Origin: an uncultured Spirochaetota bacterium
GTDB taxonomy: Bacteria > Spirochaetota > Spirochaetia > SZUA-6 > Fen-1364
Direction of reading: 5' to 3'
Length of the DNA: 64,000 nt
Assembly: GCA_963745235.1 (NCBI GenBank)
Contig: CAVUXE010000053.1
Location: forward strand, 224,001-288,000
Shown here: positions 1 to 10,288 of the stretch, piece after piece
Layout: each line of letters starts with the position of its first letter
Numbering within the stretch: the stretch's first letter is position 1
Translations under genes and position numbers: made by a program
The notes under the pieces: model-generated
What the model saw: only the letters and a program-made list of their open reading frames with translations
Told to the model about the DNA's origin: nothing
Database searches by the model: none

Positions 1-898
1 AGCGTTCAACGGGGACGGGATGAACATGCCCAAGACGGTGAGCTGGGACGGCAAGGGGGACAGCGGGACACTTTCCCCTGAGGGCAAGTATACGGCGCGG
101 CTGTCGGTGGACTACGGGAGCGCCTTCGCGCCCGGCACGACCACCAGCGACAGCTTTGTGCTGGACATCACGCCTCCCACGGGGAGCATCGCGCTGTCGG
201 ACCCGTTGTTTTCCCCCATCGAGGGCTCGCCCACCATCACGCTGACGGTGAACGCCACATCGCAGCTGGCGAAGATCGACAGCTGGCGCATGGAGGTCAA
301 CGATCCGGAGAACCACCTGTTCATGGCGTTCGAGGGGAAGTGGCCCACCAAGGACGCGGTGTGGAACGGGAAGAGCATCAAGGGTGAGATGGTGCAGTCC
401 GCGGAGGACTACCCGGTGGTAGCCATGGTGAGGGACGAGTTCGGCAACCTCGGGGAGCTGAAAGCCACGGTGCCCGTGGACATCCTGGTGGAGAAGACGG
501 CAACAGGGCTCCGGATCCTGAGCTCGCGCATCTTCTTCAAGGCGTACACGGCAGACTACCAGGACGTGAGGCCGGACCTTGCCAGCCAGAACATGAAGCG
601 GCTGAGCGACATGGCAGCGAAGCTGAAGAAGTTCCCCAACTACAAGATCAAGCTGGTGGGGCACGCGGTGAAGATCCACTGGGACAACGCGGCCCTGGGG
701 GACATCGAGCAGCGTGACATCCTGCTTCCGCTGTCGAAGTCGCGCGCTGAGGCGATCAAGAAGGCGCTGGTGGACAGGGGACTGAACGAGGCGATGTTCA
801 GCACCGATGGGGTGGGGGCATCGGACCAGCTGGTTCCTGACAGCGACCTGAGCGACAGGTGGCAGAACCGCAGGGTGGCTTTCTTCCTGGAGAGGTAA
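1..898 (+). CDS. OmpA-family protein with repeated Ig-like domains (5' partial)
   Basis: Frame is open from the window start. Repeated WDGK/WNGK...Y beta modules. C-terminal OmpA-like peptidoglycan-binding motifs LSKSRAEAIKKALV and QNRRVAF. Confidence 0.8.
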   Translation, partial: AFNGDGMNMPKTVSWDGKGDSGTLSPEGKYTARLSVDYGSAFAPGTTTSDSFVLDITPPTGSIALSDPLFSPIEGSPTITLTVNATSQLAKIDSWRMEVNDPENHLFMAFEGKWPTKDAVWNGKSIKGEMVQSAEDYPVVAMVRDEFGNLGELKATVPVDILVEKTATGLRILSSRIFFKAYTADYQDVRPDLASQNMKRLSDMAAKLKKFPNYKIKLVGHAVKIHWDNAALGDIEQRDILLPLSKSRAEAIKKALVDRGLNEAMFSTDGVGASDQLVPDSDLSDRWQNRRVAFFLER

Positions 899-920
899 GA
901 GCACAAGCGGTGCAACAGCA

Positions 921-959
921 GGGGCCGCTCTTTCCGAGGAAAGAGCGGCCCCTTTTTTT
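921..959 (+). terminator. Rho-independent terminator
   Basis: Perfect 14-bp stem GGGGCCGCTCTTTC-cgag-GAAAGAGCGGCCCC followed by T7, between convergent genes. Confidence 0.9.
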
Positions 960-968
960 CCTTCCGTG

Positions 969-2507
969 CTACCTGCTCATGCCGATTGTGACGTCTGTCC
1001 CCTTCCGGTTGATTTTGAAGCTCATGTCCTTCTTCGCCGGGTCGTTCAGCAGCCTGTAGAAGTCCATGATGGTGCGCACCTCATGGCCGTTGATCTGGCT
1101 GATGACGTCTCCCGGTCTTAGACCGGCAATCGACGCCGGGCTCTCATTGTCCGCGGAATCACTGCCCGGCAGGTATGCCACGACCACGCCTTCGAGGCCC
1201 TTCGCGAGCCCCGCGTCCTGCCTGATCTGGTCGTTGATGCGGACCACCGTGACGCCCGGCCAAAGGTACTTGTACGACGTGACCTCACTGGTGTCGTCCG
1301 GCCTCACGCCGAGCTTGATGGAGAGCCTCGTCTTTTCGCCATACCGGACGATATCGAAGTCGTAGGGCCGGCCGGCAATCAGGTCTCCCACGGCCTGGAT
1401 CAGGTGATCCCTGTCCGCGATGTCCTGGCCGTTCACGCGCGTGATGTAGTCCCCGGGAAGCATCCCGCCTTTCTCCGCCGGCGAGTTGCGGTACACGTTG
1501 ATGACCAGGGAGCCTTTGACTCCCGTCACGTTCAGGTCCCTGGCGACCCCGGGATAGGAGTCGTTGCTCGGATCCGCGGCCTGAACGTCATCCGGCATGA
1601 CCCCGAGCCATCCGTATTCCACTTTGCCCTTGGAAATGAAGTCATCAATAGCCTTCTTGGCGTTGTTGACGGGGATTGCAAACCCGAGGCCGACGCTGCC
1701 GCCTGTCGGCGCCGCGATCCAGGTGTTGATACCAACCACTTCGCCCTTCACGTTCACGAGCGCTCCGCCCGAGTTGCCCTGGTTGATTGCGGCATCAGTC
1801 TGGATGTAGTCGGTGTTCGGGGCAACCTGCCCGCTGGGACCTCGCCTGCCCAGGGCGCTGACGATGCCCATAGTGATGGTGTTCTCGAAGCCCAGCGGAT
1901 TGCCCACGGCCAGGACGATGTCCCCTACCTGGAGCTCGTTCGAATCCCCAAGATCCGCCAGCTGAATCGCGTCCCGGCTGTCAAAAGTGACAACGGCAAG
2001 ATCTCTTCGTGCGTCGGTCCCCACCACCTTGGCCTTGAATGTCCTCTGGTCCGAAAGCTTGACGCTGATATTGGTTGCAGCGTCGACGACATGGTTATTC
2101 GTCAGAACGTAGTATGCTCCGCCGGCCTTTTTCACGAGTATGCCGGAGCCCAGGCCGCTTCTTCGGAACTGGCGCTCCCCTCCCTTGCCGCTGCCCGGGG
2201 GCTGGTTGAAGAACCAGTCGAAGGGCGACTGCATGGGGGTCTGTTGTTTCACCACCTCGGTGACATCTATCTCGACGACGACCGGAAGCACTTTTTTCGC
2301 CACTTCCCGGAATGAATACTGGATTGTTTCAAGGTTTCGCGCCGCGTCCGCCAGCGCCTGGGGGTTCGGCGCACTGGTGGTGGTGCCGGTCTGCGATCCG
2401 CCCTGGCCGCTCACCCTCTCTGCTCTCCCGGTTGAGTAGGCAAGTCCCGAGGCCACGAGCAGCATCGCCAGAGTGACAAAAGCAGCCCGGACAGTCATTT
2501 TTCCCAT
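969..2507 (-). CDS. HtrA/DegP (Do family) serine endopeptidase with 2 PDZ domains
   Basis: TNNHVV, DLAVV and GNSGGAL catalytic motifs plus IQTDAAIN and PDZ motifs. Signal peptide. GGAGG RBS upstream of ATG 2507. Confidence 0.92.
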   Translation of the reverse strand: MGKMTVRAAFVTLAMLLVASGLAYSTGRAERVSGQGGSQTGTTTSAPNPQALADAARNLETIQYSFREVAKKVLPVVVEIDVTEVVKQQTPMQSPFDWFFNQPPGSGKGGERQFRRSGLGSGILVKKAGGAYYVLTNNHVVDAATNISVKLSDQRTFKAKVVGTDARRDLAVVTFDSRDAIQLADLGDSNELQVGDIVLAVGNPLGFENTITMGIVSALGRRGPSGQVAPNTDYIQTDAAINQGNSGGALVNVKGEVVGINTWIAAPTGGSVGLGFAIPVNNAKKAIDDFISKGKVEYGWLGVMPDDVQAADPSNDSYPGVARDLNVTGVKGSLVINVYRNSPAEKGGMLPGDYITRVNGQDIADRDHLIQAVGDLIAGRPYDFDIVRYGEKTRLSIKLGVRPDDTSEVTSYKYLWPGVTVVRINDQIRQDAGLAKGLEGVVVAYLPGSDSADNESPASIAGLRPGDVISQINGHEVRTIMDFYRLLNDPAKKDMSFKINRKGTDVTIGMSR

Positions 2508-2563
2508 GGAAAACACCTCCACCGAGAAGATACAGAATCCTCGACGCAAAATGGCCATGCCAT

Positions 2564-2579
2564 TGTTAATTTTCCTTAA
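2564..2579 (-). promoter_or_regulatory. Conserved direct-repeat motif TTAAGGAAAATTAACA upstream of htrA-1
   Basis: 15/16 identical to the motif at 6439-6454, at nearly the same distance from the start codon (57 vs 59 bp). Confidence 0.6.
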
Positions 2580-2628
2580 TCTGGTATCATGTGCCGCGCC
2601 GATTGTCCATCCTGAGGTCGGCAGGGCC

Positions 2629-3420
2629 ATGAACAACGAGCAGATCAAGGCAACGCTGCGGAGCCTTCGCGGGACGGAGCATGACTTCACGGTCATACTC
2701 TCGGGCAAGAAGAGCCGCAAGGTTCATGGACTGTACAAGCCGGAAAGCCGCGAGATCATCATCCACAACAGGAACTTCACGAACGACAACGAGCTCATGT
2801 ACACGGCCATTCATGAATACGCCCATCATATCCAGTTCACCACGTCCGCCACACCGATGTCGGTGCGCACGCATACCACGGCTTTCTGGAACCTCTTTCA
2901 CACCCTGCTCTTCGAAGCGGAGCAAAAGGGCATCTACCGGAACCCTTTCGAGGAGATCGAGGAGCTGCGTGAGCTCACCAGGCGCATTCGGGAGAAGTTC
3001 CTGGCGGCCAGCGGCTCCCTGATGAAGGAGCTGGGGAGGCTCCTCATCCAGGCGAATGGAGTCTGCGAAAAGCACGGAACGAGCTTCTCCGATTATCTGG
3101 ACAGGGTCCTCTCACTTCCGCGCACCAGCGCGCAGCTCATCATGAAGGCACATACCCTCGACATCGACCCCCGGGTGGGTTTCGAGAACATGCGCAGCCT
3201 CGCGTCGATCCGGGACGATGGAGAGCGCGGCAGGGCGCAGGCGGAGCTCCTTGACGGGCACAGCCCCGACATGGTGAAGGCGAAATACGCGGAGCGGCCC
3301 GCTCCCCGTGACGCCCGTCAGGCGCTCCAGAAGGAGAGAGAGCGCATCGAGAGGATGATCGAGCGGCTTCGAAAGCGTTTGCAGGAGATCGAGAAGCGGA
3401 TTTCCGCTGCCGCGGGCTGA
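2629..3420 (+). CDS. Hypothetical protein with HEXXH zinc-metallopeptidase-like motif and C-terminal coiled coil
   Basis: AIHEYAHH motif preceded by GLY...IIIH. Heptad-rich C-terminus. Confidence 0.7.
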   Translation: MNNEQIKATLRSLRGTEHDFTVILSGKKSRKVHGLYKPESREIIIHNRNFTNDNELMYTAIHEYAHHIQFTTSATPMSVRTHTTAFWNLFHTLLFEAEQKGIYRNPFEEIEELRELTRRIREKFLAASGSLMKELGRLLIQANGVCEKHGTSFSDYLDRVLSLPRTSAQLIMKAHTLDIDPRVGFENMRSLASIRDDGERGRAQAELLDGHSPDMVKAKYAERPAPRDARQALQKERERIERMIERLRKRLQEIEKRISAAAG

Positions 3421-3423
3421 TCC

Positions 3424-3906
3424 TCAGTGCCCGTGATGCCCGTCGTGGGCGTGCCCGTGGGCCAGCTCCTCCGCCGTTGCCTCCCGCACCCCCCGCACGT
3501 CCACCTCGAAGTGCAGGGTCTGTCCGGCCAGGGGATGATTCGCGTCCACGGTGACTTCCTCCTGATCCATGGTTATCACGGTAACGAGGAGCGGTTCCTC
3601 GTGCTCGCCGTGCAGCTCGAGCTTCATGCCGACGGAAAGGTCATCAACGTCCTCGAACTCCCCCCGGGAAATGGTGAATATCACGGACTCGTCACGCGCG
3701 CCATACCCCTGGTCCGGCGAAACGGTGACCGAGACGTGCTCCGATGCCGCTTTCCCTTCCAGCGCCGTTTCCAGGCCCGGCACGAGGGTCCCCGTGCCGT
3801 GAATATAGGCGAGCGGTTCTTCACCCTGGGAGGTGTCGAGCACTGCGCCGCCTTCGTCAGTGAGAGTGTAATCGATTGTGACGACCCTGTTCCTCGCTAT
3901 GGTCAT
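3424..3906 (-). CDS. slyD: FKBP-type peptidyl-prolyl isomerase SlyD
   Basis: VVTIDYTL, PLAYIHG and DANHPLAGQTLHF motifs. His-rich tail HGHAHDGHHGH. Confidence 0.9.
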   Translation of the reverse strand: MTIARNRVVTIDYTLTDEGGAVLDTSQGEEPLAYIHGTGTLVPGLETALEGKAASEHVSVTVSPDQGYGARDESVIFTISRGEFEDVDDLSVGMKLELHGEHEEPLLVTVITMDQEEVTVDANHPLAGQTLHFEVDVRGVREATAEELAHGHAHDGHHGH

Positions 3907-3948
3907 TGGGTTCCTTTCCTGGAGAGTGGGCCGCTGCGCTGTCGCCTG

Positions 3949-4968
3949 TCAAGCCTGGCCTTCGAGGCCCTGCAGGATGTCCAGAAAATCCCGGGGCAGC
4001 GGGGACCTGATGAGGATGCGCGCGCCGGTGAAAGGGTGAACGAACTGCGATTCCTCGGCGTGCAGGCAGTGTCGAGGAGGAAAGGACGGGCTTCCAGCCC
4101 ACGGATGGGCGCGCGGAGCGTCCTTTTCTCCGCGCTGGTACTCCAGGAACCGGGATTCATCCTTATAAAGGAGGTCTCCCCACACCGGATGTCCGATTGC
4201 CGCCAGGTGGGCACGCACCTGGTGCTGGCGCCCCGTCCGTGGAAAGACAGCAAGGAGCGTGTGCTGCTTCATGCGGCGCAGCACCCTGCAGTCAGTGATG
4301 GACGGCAGGCCGCCTTCCCGCGGCGCCACCCTGATTGTCGTCACGCTCGAGCTGTCAGGTCCGAGGGCAAGATCGATCCTGCGCTCATCCCAGGGTACAA
4401 CGCCCTCGACCAGGGCCACGTAGCGCTTGTCGATCTCCCCGCGAGCGGCAAGCTCCAGCATTGCGCGTAGGGAGCCGCCGGTTTTCGCCGCCAGGATCAC
4501 CCCGCTGGTGAACACGTCCAGCCTGTTGACCAGACTGAGGAAGAAATCCCCGGCCTCACTCAGGCTCGCCCGAAGGTCGGCCGCAAACCGCTCTCGAAGA
4601 AACTGGATGACGGTGTCTGCCTGGTACCTGCCCGCGGGATGCGACGCCGCGCCGGCCGGCTTGTCCAGCGCGATGATGTGCTCATCCTGGTAGAGGATCT
4701 CGAGCTCGCGGCCGCTGCTGACCGCGGGCAGGCTTCTCCAGTGAACCGTGAGAATGTCTCCCGTCTTGAGCCGGGCGGACGTCGCATAACGCCTTCCGTT
4801 CAGGAGCGACTCGCCGGTCTGGATCTTCTGCCTGATCCGCGTACGGGAGAGAGAGGGAAGTGAGAGCGCAAGGAATGCGTCCGCCCGAAGGCCGTGATGC
4901 GCCTGCTCGACGGTCAGGAAAGAAGGGGCCGGAATCTCAAGCGCCGCATTCACGGGTCCAGCGGTCAC
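3949..4968 (-). CDS. RluA/RluD-family pseudouridine synthase with S4 domain
   Basis: DKPAG, NRLDVFTSG (catalytic Asp), TGRQHQVRAHL, GHPVWGDLLY and LHA motifs. Confidence 0.88.
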   Translation of the reverse strand: MTAGPVNAALEIPAPSFLTVEQAHHGLRADAFLALSLPSLSRTRIRQKIQTGESLLNGRRYATSARLKTGDILTVHWRSLPAVSSGRELEILYQDEHIIALDKPAGAASHPAGRYQADTVIQFLRERFAADLRASLSEAGDFFLSLVNRLDVFTSGVILAAKTGGSLRAMLELAARGEIDKRYVALVEGVVPWDERRIDLALGPDSSSVTTIRVAPREGGLPSITDCRVLRRMKQHTLLAVFPRTGRQHQVRAHLAAIGHPVWGDLLYKDESRFLEYQRGEKDAPRAHPWAGSPSFPPRHCLHAEESQFVHPFTGARILIRSPLPRDFLDILQGLEGQA

Positions 4969-6380
4969 GGGTTGAGCCCGATGGTCACGTCGTTCCCGCC
5001 CCGCAGGATGGCAAAGCTCACCGTCCGCCGCGAAGCCTCGTTCAGAGCGCGGTAATAGTCCAACATCGTGCTCACGCTTTTTCCGTTGATGGCCTTGATG
5101 ACGTCCCCGGCCTGGATCCCCGCAATTGCCGCCGGGGCGCTCGGATCCGCGAGGTCCCCCACAATCACTCCACGGACGCCGGGTGGGATGTTCTGGTCCT
5201 GGCGCACCTCATTCGTGAGGGGGAGCGCAGTCAGCCCCGGCCACAGGTTCTTCGGCTGGGCCACCCGGTCCTGATCGTCCCGCCGGCCGATGGTGATCTT
5301 CAGAGCGAGCTGTCCTCCGTAGCGCATCACGGTGAACTCCTGCGAATCACCCGCGTGCAGGGCGCCGATGATCTGCGTAAGCTCGCTGCTGTCCCGGATG
5401 CCCCTGCCGTTCACCTTCGTGACGAAGTCTCCGGGAAGGAGCCCGCCCTTGTCTGCCGGCGATCCCCGGTAGAGATTCCACACGAAGGCTCCCTTCATGC
5501 CCTCCAGCTTCAGGTCCTTCGCGACGGCCAGAGAGGGACCGCTGTCCTGGATGTCTCCGATCTGCACGCCCAGCCATCCATATTCGACCTTGCCGGTGGA
5601 AATGAAATCATCGATGGCCTGACGCGCGTTGTTGATGGGGATTGCAAACCCGAGCCCGACGTTCCCGCCGCTGGGGGCGGCAATCCATGTATTCATTCCG
5701 ATCACCTGGCCGCGGATATTCACCAGCGCCCCGCCGGAGTTGCCCTGGTTGATCGGCGCGTCGGTCTGGATGTAGTCGGTGTATGTTGCGACATCCCCCG
5801 TGGGTGCCCTGCGGCCAAGGGCGCTCACGATTCCCATCGTGACCGACGATGTGAAGCCCAGGGGATTTCCCACGGCAAAGACGATGTCCCCCACCTCCAG
5901 GGAGTTCGAATCCCCCAGGTCCGCGAGGCTCACCGCGTCCCGCGTCTCGAATGAGACCAGCGCAACGTCTTTCCGCGGGTCCTTTCCGACAACGCGCGCT
6001 TTGAAGATGCGGCCGTCGTTCATCTTGACGCTGATGTCAGCGGCATCCTTCACCACGTGGTTGTTTGTCAGGACGTATACCATGTCCCCCGCCCGGCGGA
6101 CGATGATGCCCGACCCCAGGCCCGACTGTCGGAAAGATCTGTCTCCCCCGTTCGGCTGGGGCTGGCCAAAGAACCAGTCGAAGGGGAGCTGGAGCTGCGG
6201 CAGCTTCTGCCTGACCACCTCCGTGACGTCGATCTCGACAACCTCGGGAAGCACTCTCTGAGCGACCTGGCGGAATGCCGACTGCATGGACTGAAGAGCG
6301 TTCGGCGCCTGGGCAAAGAGGAGCCCCGGCGCGGCCAGGAGAGCTACCAGCGCGATTCGCGCCGCATATCGCATTTTCAT
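4965..6380 (-). CDS. HtrA/DegP (Do family) serine endopeptidase, paralog 2
   Basis: TNNHVV, KDVALV and GNSGGAL motifs, 2 PDZ domains, signal peptide. Visibly highly similar to 969..2507. Confidence 0.92.
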   Translation of the reverse strand: MKMRYAARIALVALLAAPGLLFAQAPNALQSMQSAFRQVAQRVLPEVVEIDVTEVVRQKLPQLQLPFDWFFGQPQPNGGDRSFRQSGLGSGIIVRRAGDMVYVLTNNHVVKDAADISVKMNDGRIFKARVVGKDPRKDVALVSFETRDAVSLADLGDSNSLEVGDIVFAVGNPLGFTSSVTMGIVSALGRRAPTGDVATYTDYIQTDAPINQGNSGGALVNIRGQVIGMNTWIAAPSGGNVGLGFAIPINNARQAIDDFISTGKVEYGWLGVQIGDIQDSGPSLAVAKDLKLEGMKGAFVWNLYRGSPADKGGLLPGDFVTKVNGRGIRDSSELTQIIGALHAGDSQEFTVMRYGGQLALKITIGRRDDQDRVAQPKNLWPGLTALPLTNEVRQDQNIPPGVRGVIVGDLADPSAPAAIAGIQAGDVIKAINGKSVSTMLDYYRALNEASRRTVSFAILRGGNDVTIGLNP

Positions 6381-6438
6381 GGAAAGAAACCTCCACACGA
6401 AAAGTATACCTACACGGTTCTCGCGGTGTTATCAAGTA

Positions 6439-6454
6439 TGTTAATTTTCATTAA
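6439..6454 (-). promoter_or_regulatory. Conserved direct-repeat motif TTAATGAAAATTAACA upstream of htrA-2
   Basis: Near-identical to the motif at 2564-2579. Confidence 0.6.
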
Positions 6455-6567
6455 CGATCAGGCCCGCGGGCCTGTTCCGGCACGGCTCGAATTGACAGTC
6501 AGCCGGCAGGGGGATACCATTTCTGTCGGGACGGAAGCCTGTCACAGGTTTGTTCCCGGAGACTGAC

Positions 6568-8568
6568 ATGACCAAAAAACGAAATCTGGTTCTTGCGCTC
6601 GCGGGGCTGCTCGTCGCTCTGGGGTGCGGCACCCTCCTCTGGGCTGATCCCCCGGACAGAGTCGGCCGCCTCAACCTCATTACGGGAACAGTGTCCTTCC
6701 ACCCGGGGAGCCTGGAGGAGTGGACCCCCGCCTCGCTGAACTACCCCCTTACCACGGGGGACAACCTGTGGACGGATCAGGACGGAGAGGCTGAGATTCA
6801 CGTCGGCTCCACCGTCGTTCGCCTTGCGTCGAATACAGAGTTTTCCTTCCTGAACCTGGACGACCAGACGATGCAGATCCGGCTTTCCACCGGCTCGCTG
6901 AACGTCAGGCTGCGCCACCTGAACCCGGACGAGGTGGTGGAGATCGACACGCCGGACTCGAGCCTTGTGCTCTCCCGGCCCGGCAGCTACCGCGTCGACG
7001 TGCAGGAAACCGGTGACACGAGCCTCACGGTGCGCTCCGGTGAGGCCGCGGTGACGGCGGGGGACTCCTCGTTCTCCGTCGCCTCGGACCAGGCTGTCGA
7101 CATAACGGGGTTGGATTCCCCCAGCTACCAGGTGAGCGTGGCGGATCCTCCGGACGAATGGGACCAGTGGTGCGAAGCTCGCGACGCCCGGGAAGACCGC
7201 ATGGCCTCCACTCACTATGTGCCGAGGGAGATGATCGGAGTCGAGGACCTGGATGCCAACGGTACCTGGCGCGTCCTCCCGGGGTATGGCGCCGTGTGGC
7301 AGCCCACCGCTGTCGAGACGGGCTGGGCCCCCTACCGCTACGGGCACTGGGCCTGGGTGGATCCCTGGGGTTGGACCTGGATCGATGATGCCCCCTGGGG
7401 CTTTGCGCCTTTCCACTATGGACGGTGGGCGTATCTGGGAGCAGCCTGGGTGTGGGTTCCCGGAAGAATCGTCGCGCGTCCTGTCTATGCCCCGGCGCTC
7501 GTGGTGTTTGCGGGCGGCAATGGGTGGGGCTCGTCGCACGCGCCGGGCGGAGGCGTCGCATGGTTCCCCCTCGGACCGCGTGAGCCCTATGTGCCCCCGT
7601 ATACCGTGAGCAATGTCTACGTGCGGAACGTGAACATAAGCCACGTCACGGTGGTGAACGTGCAGACAATCAACGTCACCACGTACAGGTACGTAAACCG
7701 CTCGGTGCCCGGCGCCGTGGTCATGGTGCCGAACCAGACCTTCGTGCGCGCGCAGCCCGTCAACACTTCGGTGTACGTCGTGTCTCGTGACGAGGCCATG
7801 CAGGCCCCCGTCCGGGGAACCTACGCCCCCCTGGCGCCGGAGAGGGAAAGCGTGCTGGGTCGGGCCGCAATTGGTCCCGCCGCCCGACCGCCGGCCATGA
7901 TCATGTCCCGGCCCGTCGTGGTTCGCGAGGCTCCGCCGCCGGCACCGGTGCCCTTCTCGGCCCGCCAGCAGGCGCTCCAGGCGCACCCCGGCCGGCCCAT
8001 TGATCCTGAAACGCTTCAGACCATCAGGAGATCTTCCCCGGGACCGACTCAGGCCCCGGTGATCGTGAACCCCAACGCGCAGAGGCGTTACCAGGGCGGG
8101 CAGGGTCCGCAGCCGGTCCAGGGACAGCAGGGGCAGCGCATGCAGGGGCAGGTCCAGCCCGGGCCGCGCGTGCAGCAGGGCACCCAGGTGCAGCCGGGAC
8201 CTCAGCCGCAGCCGATCCAGCCGGGAGCGCGCGTGCAGCCAGTGAACCCCCAGGGACCGGGGGGGCAGCGCATGCAGCCAGGGACCCCGGGCCAGCCGGG
8301 GCAACGCGTGCCGGGGCAGGTCCAGCCGGGGCAACGCGTGCCGGGGCAGGTCCAGCCGGGGCAGCGCATGCCGGGGCAGGCCCGACCGGGTCCGCGGGTG
8401 CAGCCGGGCGTGAGGAGGGGACAGCAGGGGCAAGCCCTGCCTCCGGGAGGCGGGTCCGCGGGGAGGCCGCAGGGAGGACCGGGCCAGAACCCAGGCGCGG
8501 CGCCGTCGAATGACGATCTGAAGAAGAGGAAGAACCAGGGAGACCAGGGGCAGGCGGGCGGCAACTAG
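6568..8568 (+). CDS. Secreted FecR-like/DUF6600-type protein with Trp-rich repeats and Pro/Gln/Gly tail
   Basis: Signal peptide. DPPDRVGRL...NYPLTTGDNLW N-terminus. GWAPYRYGHWAW and PWGFAPFHYGRW motifs. Low-complexity QPGQRVPGQV repeats. Confidence 0.8.
   Translation: MTKKRNLVLALAGLLVALGCGTLLWADPPDRVGRLNLITGTVSFHPGSLEEWTPASLNYPLTTGDNLWTDQDGEAEIHVGSTVVRLASNTEFSFLNLDDQTMQIRLSTGSLNVRLRHLNPDEVVEIDTPDSSLVLSRPGSYRVDVQETGDTSLTVRSGEAAVTAGDSSFSVASDQAVDITGLDSPSYQVSVADPPDEWDQWCEARDAREDRMASTHYVPREMIGVEDLDANGTWRVLPGYGAVWQPTAVETGWAPYRYGHWAWVDPWGWTWIDDAPWGFAPFHYGRWAYLGAAWVWVPGRIVARPVYAPALVVFAGGNGWGSSHAPGGGVAWFPLGPREPYVPPYTVSNVYVRNVNISHVTVVNVQTINVTTYRYVNRSVPGAVVMVPNQTFVRAQPVNTSVYVVSRDEAMQAPVRGTYAPLAPERESVLGRAAIGPAARPPAMIMSRPVVVREAPPPAPVPFSARQQALQAHPGRPIDPETLQTIRRSSPGPTQAPVIVNPNAQRRYQGGQGPQPVQGQQGQRMQGQVQPGPRVQQGTQVQPGPQPQPIQPGARVQPVNPQGPGGQRMQPGTPGQPGQRVPGQVQPGQRVPGQVQPGQRMPGQARPGPRVQPGVRRGQQGQALPPGGGSAGRPQGGPGQNPGAAPSNDDLKKRKNQGDQGQAGGN
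8292..8380 (+). repeat. 30-bp coding tandem repeat x3 (QPGQRVPGQV)
   Basis: CCAGCCGGGGCAACGCGTGCCGGGGCAGGT unit repeated three times, the third copy slightly degenerate. Confidence 0.85.
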
Positions 8569-8601
8569 GCTTTGCGCCCGCGCGCTTCAGGAGAGGAGAC
8601 C

Positions 8602-10288
8602 GTGACCAGCAGGGGCACCGCGAAAGCGCTGTCTCCCGGGGAGATGCGCTACAAGAGCATATTCCTGCACTCGGCAGTCTCCCTGTGGGAAGAAGACATC
8701 TCCGCGCTGCGGGCCGCGTTGCGGGATCTGAAGTCCAGCGGCGTGGGTGACCTTGCCGTCTGGCTGGATTCCCACCAGGATTTTCTGGTCCTGGCCGCGC
8801 AGTTGATCCGCGTGGTGGACGTCAACCATGCAACCCTCGCGCTCTACGAGGTGACGAGCGCGGAGTCCCTGCGCGGCCCCCTTGCCGCGCGGCTCGATCT
8901 GCGGGATCAGGCGGCGCGCGCGAGCATGCGGGACAACGTCCTGGCCATCTGGGAGGGCAGACGGTACTGCGAGGCGGAGTCCAACGCGGTGACGACCACC
9001 GGGAAACGGATCGACATCGCGATCAGGATGTATATCCCGCCGGAAAGCGATCCCTACCCGTACATGCTCGTCAGCGTGCTGGACATCTCGGCGCGCGTCC
9101 AGGCGGAGGCTGCTCTCCGCAAGAGCGAAGAGCAGCTTCTGCAGGCGCGCAAGATGGAGGCAGTGGGGAGGCTTGCCGGCGGTATTGCGCATGATTTCAA
9201 CAACTTGATTACCGTGATACGGGGATACACGGAGCTGGTGGAGGAAAGCCTTCCCGAGACAGGGCCCGCGCGCGCGGACATGCGGGAGGTCAAGAGAGCC
9301 GTTGACAGGGCGGCAGACCTGACGGCGCAGCTCCTGGCTTTCAGCCGCAAGCAGATCCTCCAACCGCGGATCGTCAGCCTCAATGAGATCGTTCACCGCA
9401 TGGAGAAGATCCTTTCGCGCATGATTGGTGAGGACATCGAGCTCGCCCTGCTCCTGCAGCCGGACGCCGGAAATGTCAGGGCGGATCCAGGCCAGATGGA
9501 GCAGGTGATCATGAACCTCGCCGCGAACGCCCGGGACGCGATGCCGCGGGGCGGGACCCTCTCCTTCCAGACTTCCAATCTCGACCTTGATGCCGCGGCC
9601 GCGCGCGTTCATCCCGAGATGGCTCCGGGAGAATACGTGACTCTCACCGTCGGCGACACCGGTTCGGGAATGGATGGTCAGACCCTCGAGCGGATTTTCG
9701 AGCCATTCTTCACGACCAAGGAGCTGGGGAAGGGAACCGGCCTGGGGCTGGCAACCGTGTACGGCATCGTCAAGCAGAGCGGCGGCTACATCTACTGCAG
9801 CAGCGAGATGGGGGTTGGGACGTCGTTCCAGATCCATCTCCCGAGGGTCTTCGAGACGCGCTCCGCGGACCCGGGGAGCCGAGCCGGATGTGCGCCCGGG
9901 CAAGCGCGGCGGCAATGTCCTCCTCGTGGAAGACGAGGAGGCCCTGAGGAATTACTGCCGCGAAATCCTGGAAAGAAACGGCTACGACGTGCTGGTTGCG
10001 GCCAGCGGCGAGGCGGCCCTGGAGCTTGTCCGCTCCCCGCGCCGCGAGGTGGACCTTCTCCTGACCGATGTTGTCATGCCGCGGATGAGCGGTCCCGAGC
10101 TGGGGCGCCGCCTGCGCGTCCTGCAGCCTGATGTCAGGATCCTGTACATGTCAGGCTATGCGGAGGACCCTGTCTCCCGGCATGGGATCCTGGAGCCCGG
10201 CGCCGACCTCGTCGAGAAGCCCTTTGACGGGGCCGGCCTCCTTCGACGGGTTCGCGCGTCGCTCTCCCAGGGCGACCCTACGTCCTGA
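8602..10288 (+). CDS. PAS-domain hybrid sensor histidine kinase/receiver (CckA-like), +1 frameshift near 9870-9900
   Basis: [27 protein letters not shown] and GTGLGL motifs in the first frame. Receiver motifs [15 protein letters not shown] and YMSGY in the next frame. Confidence 0.85.
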
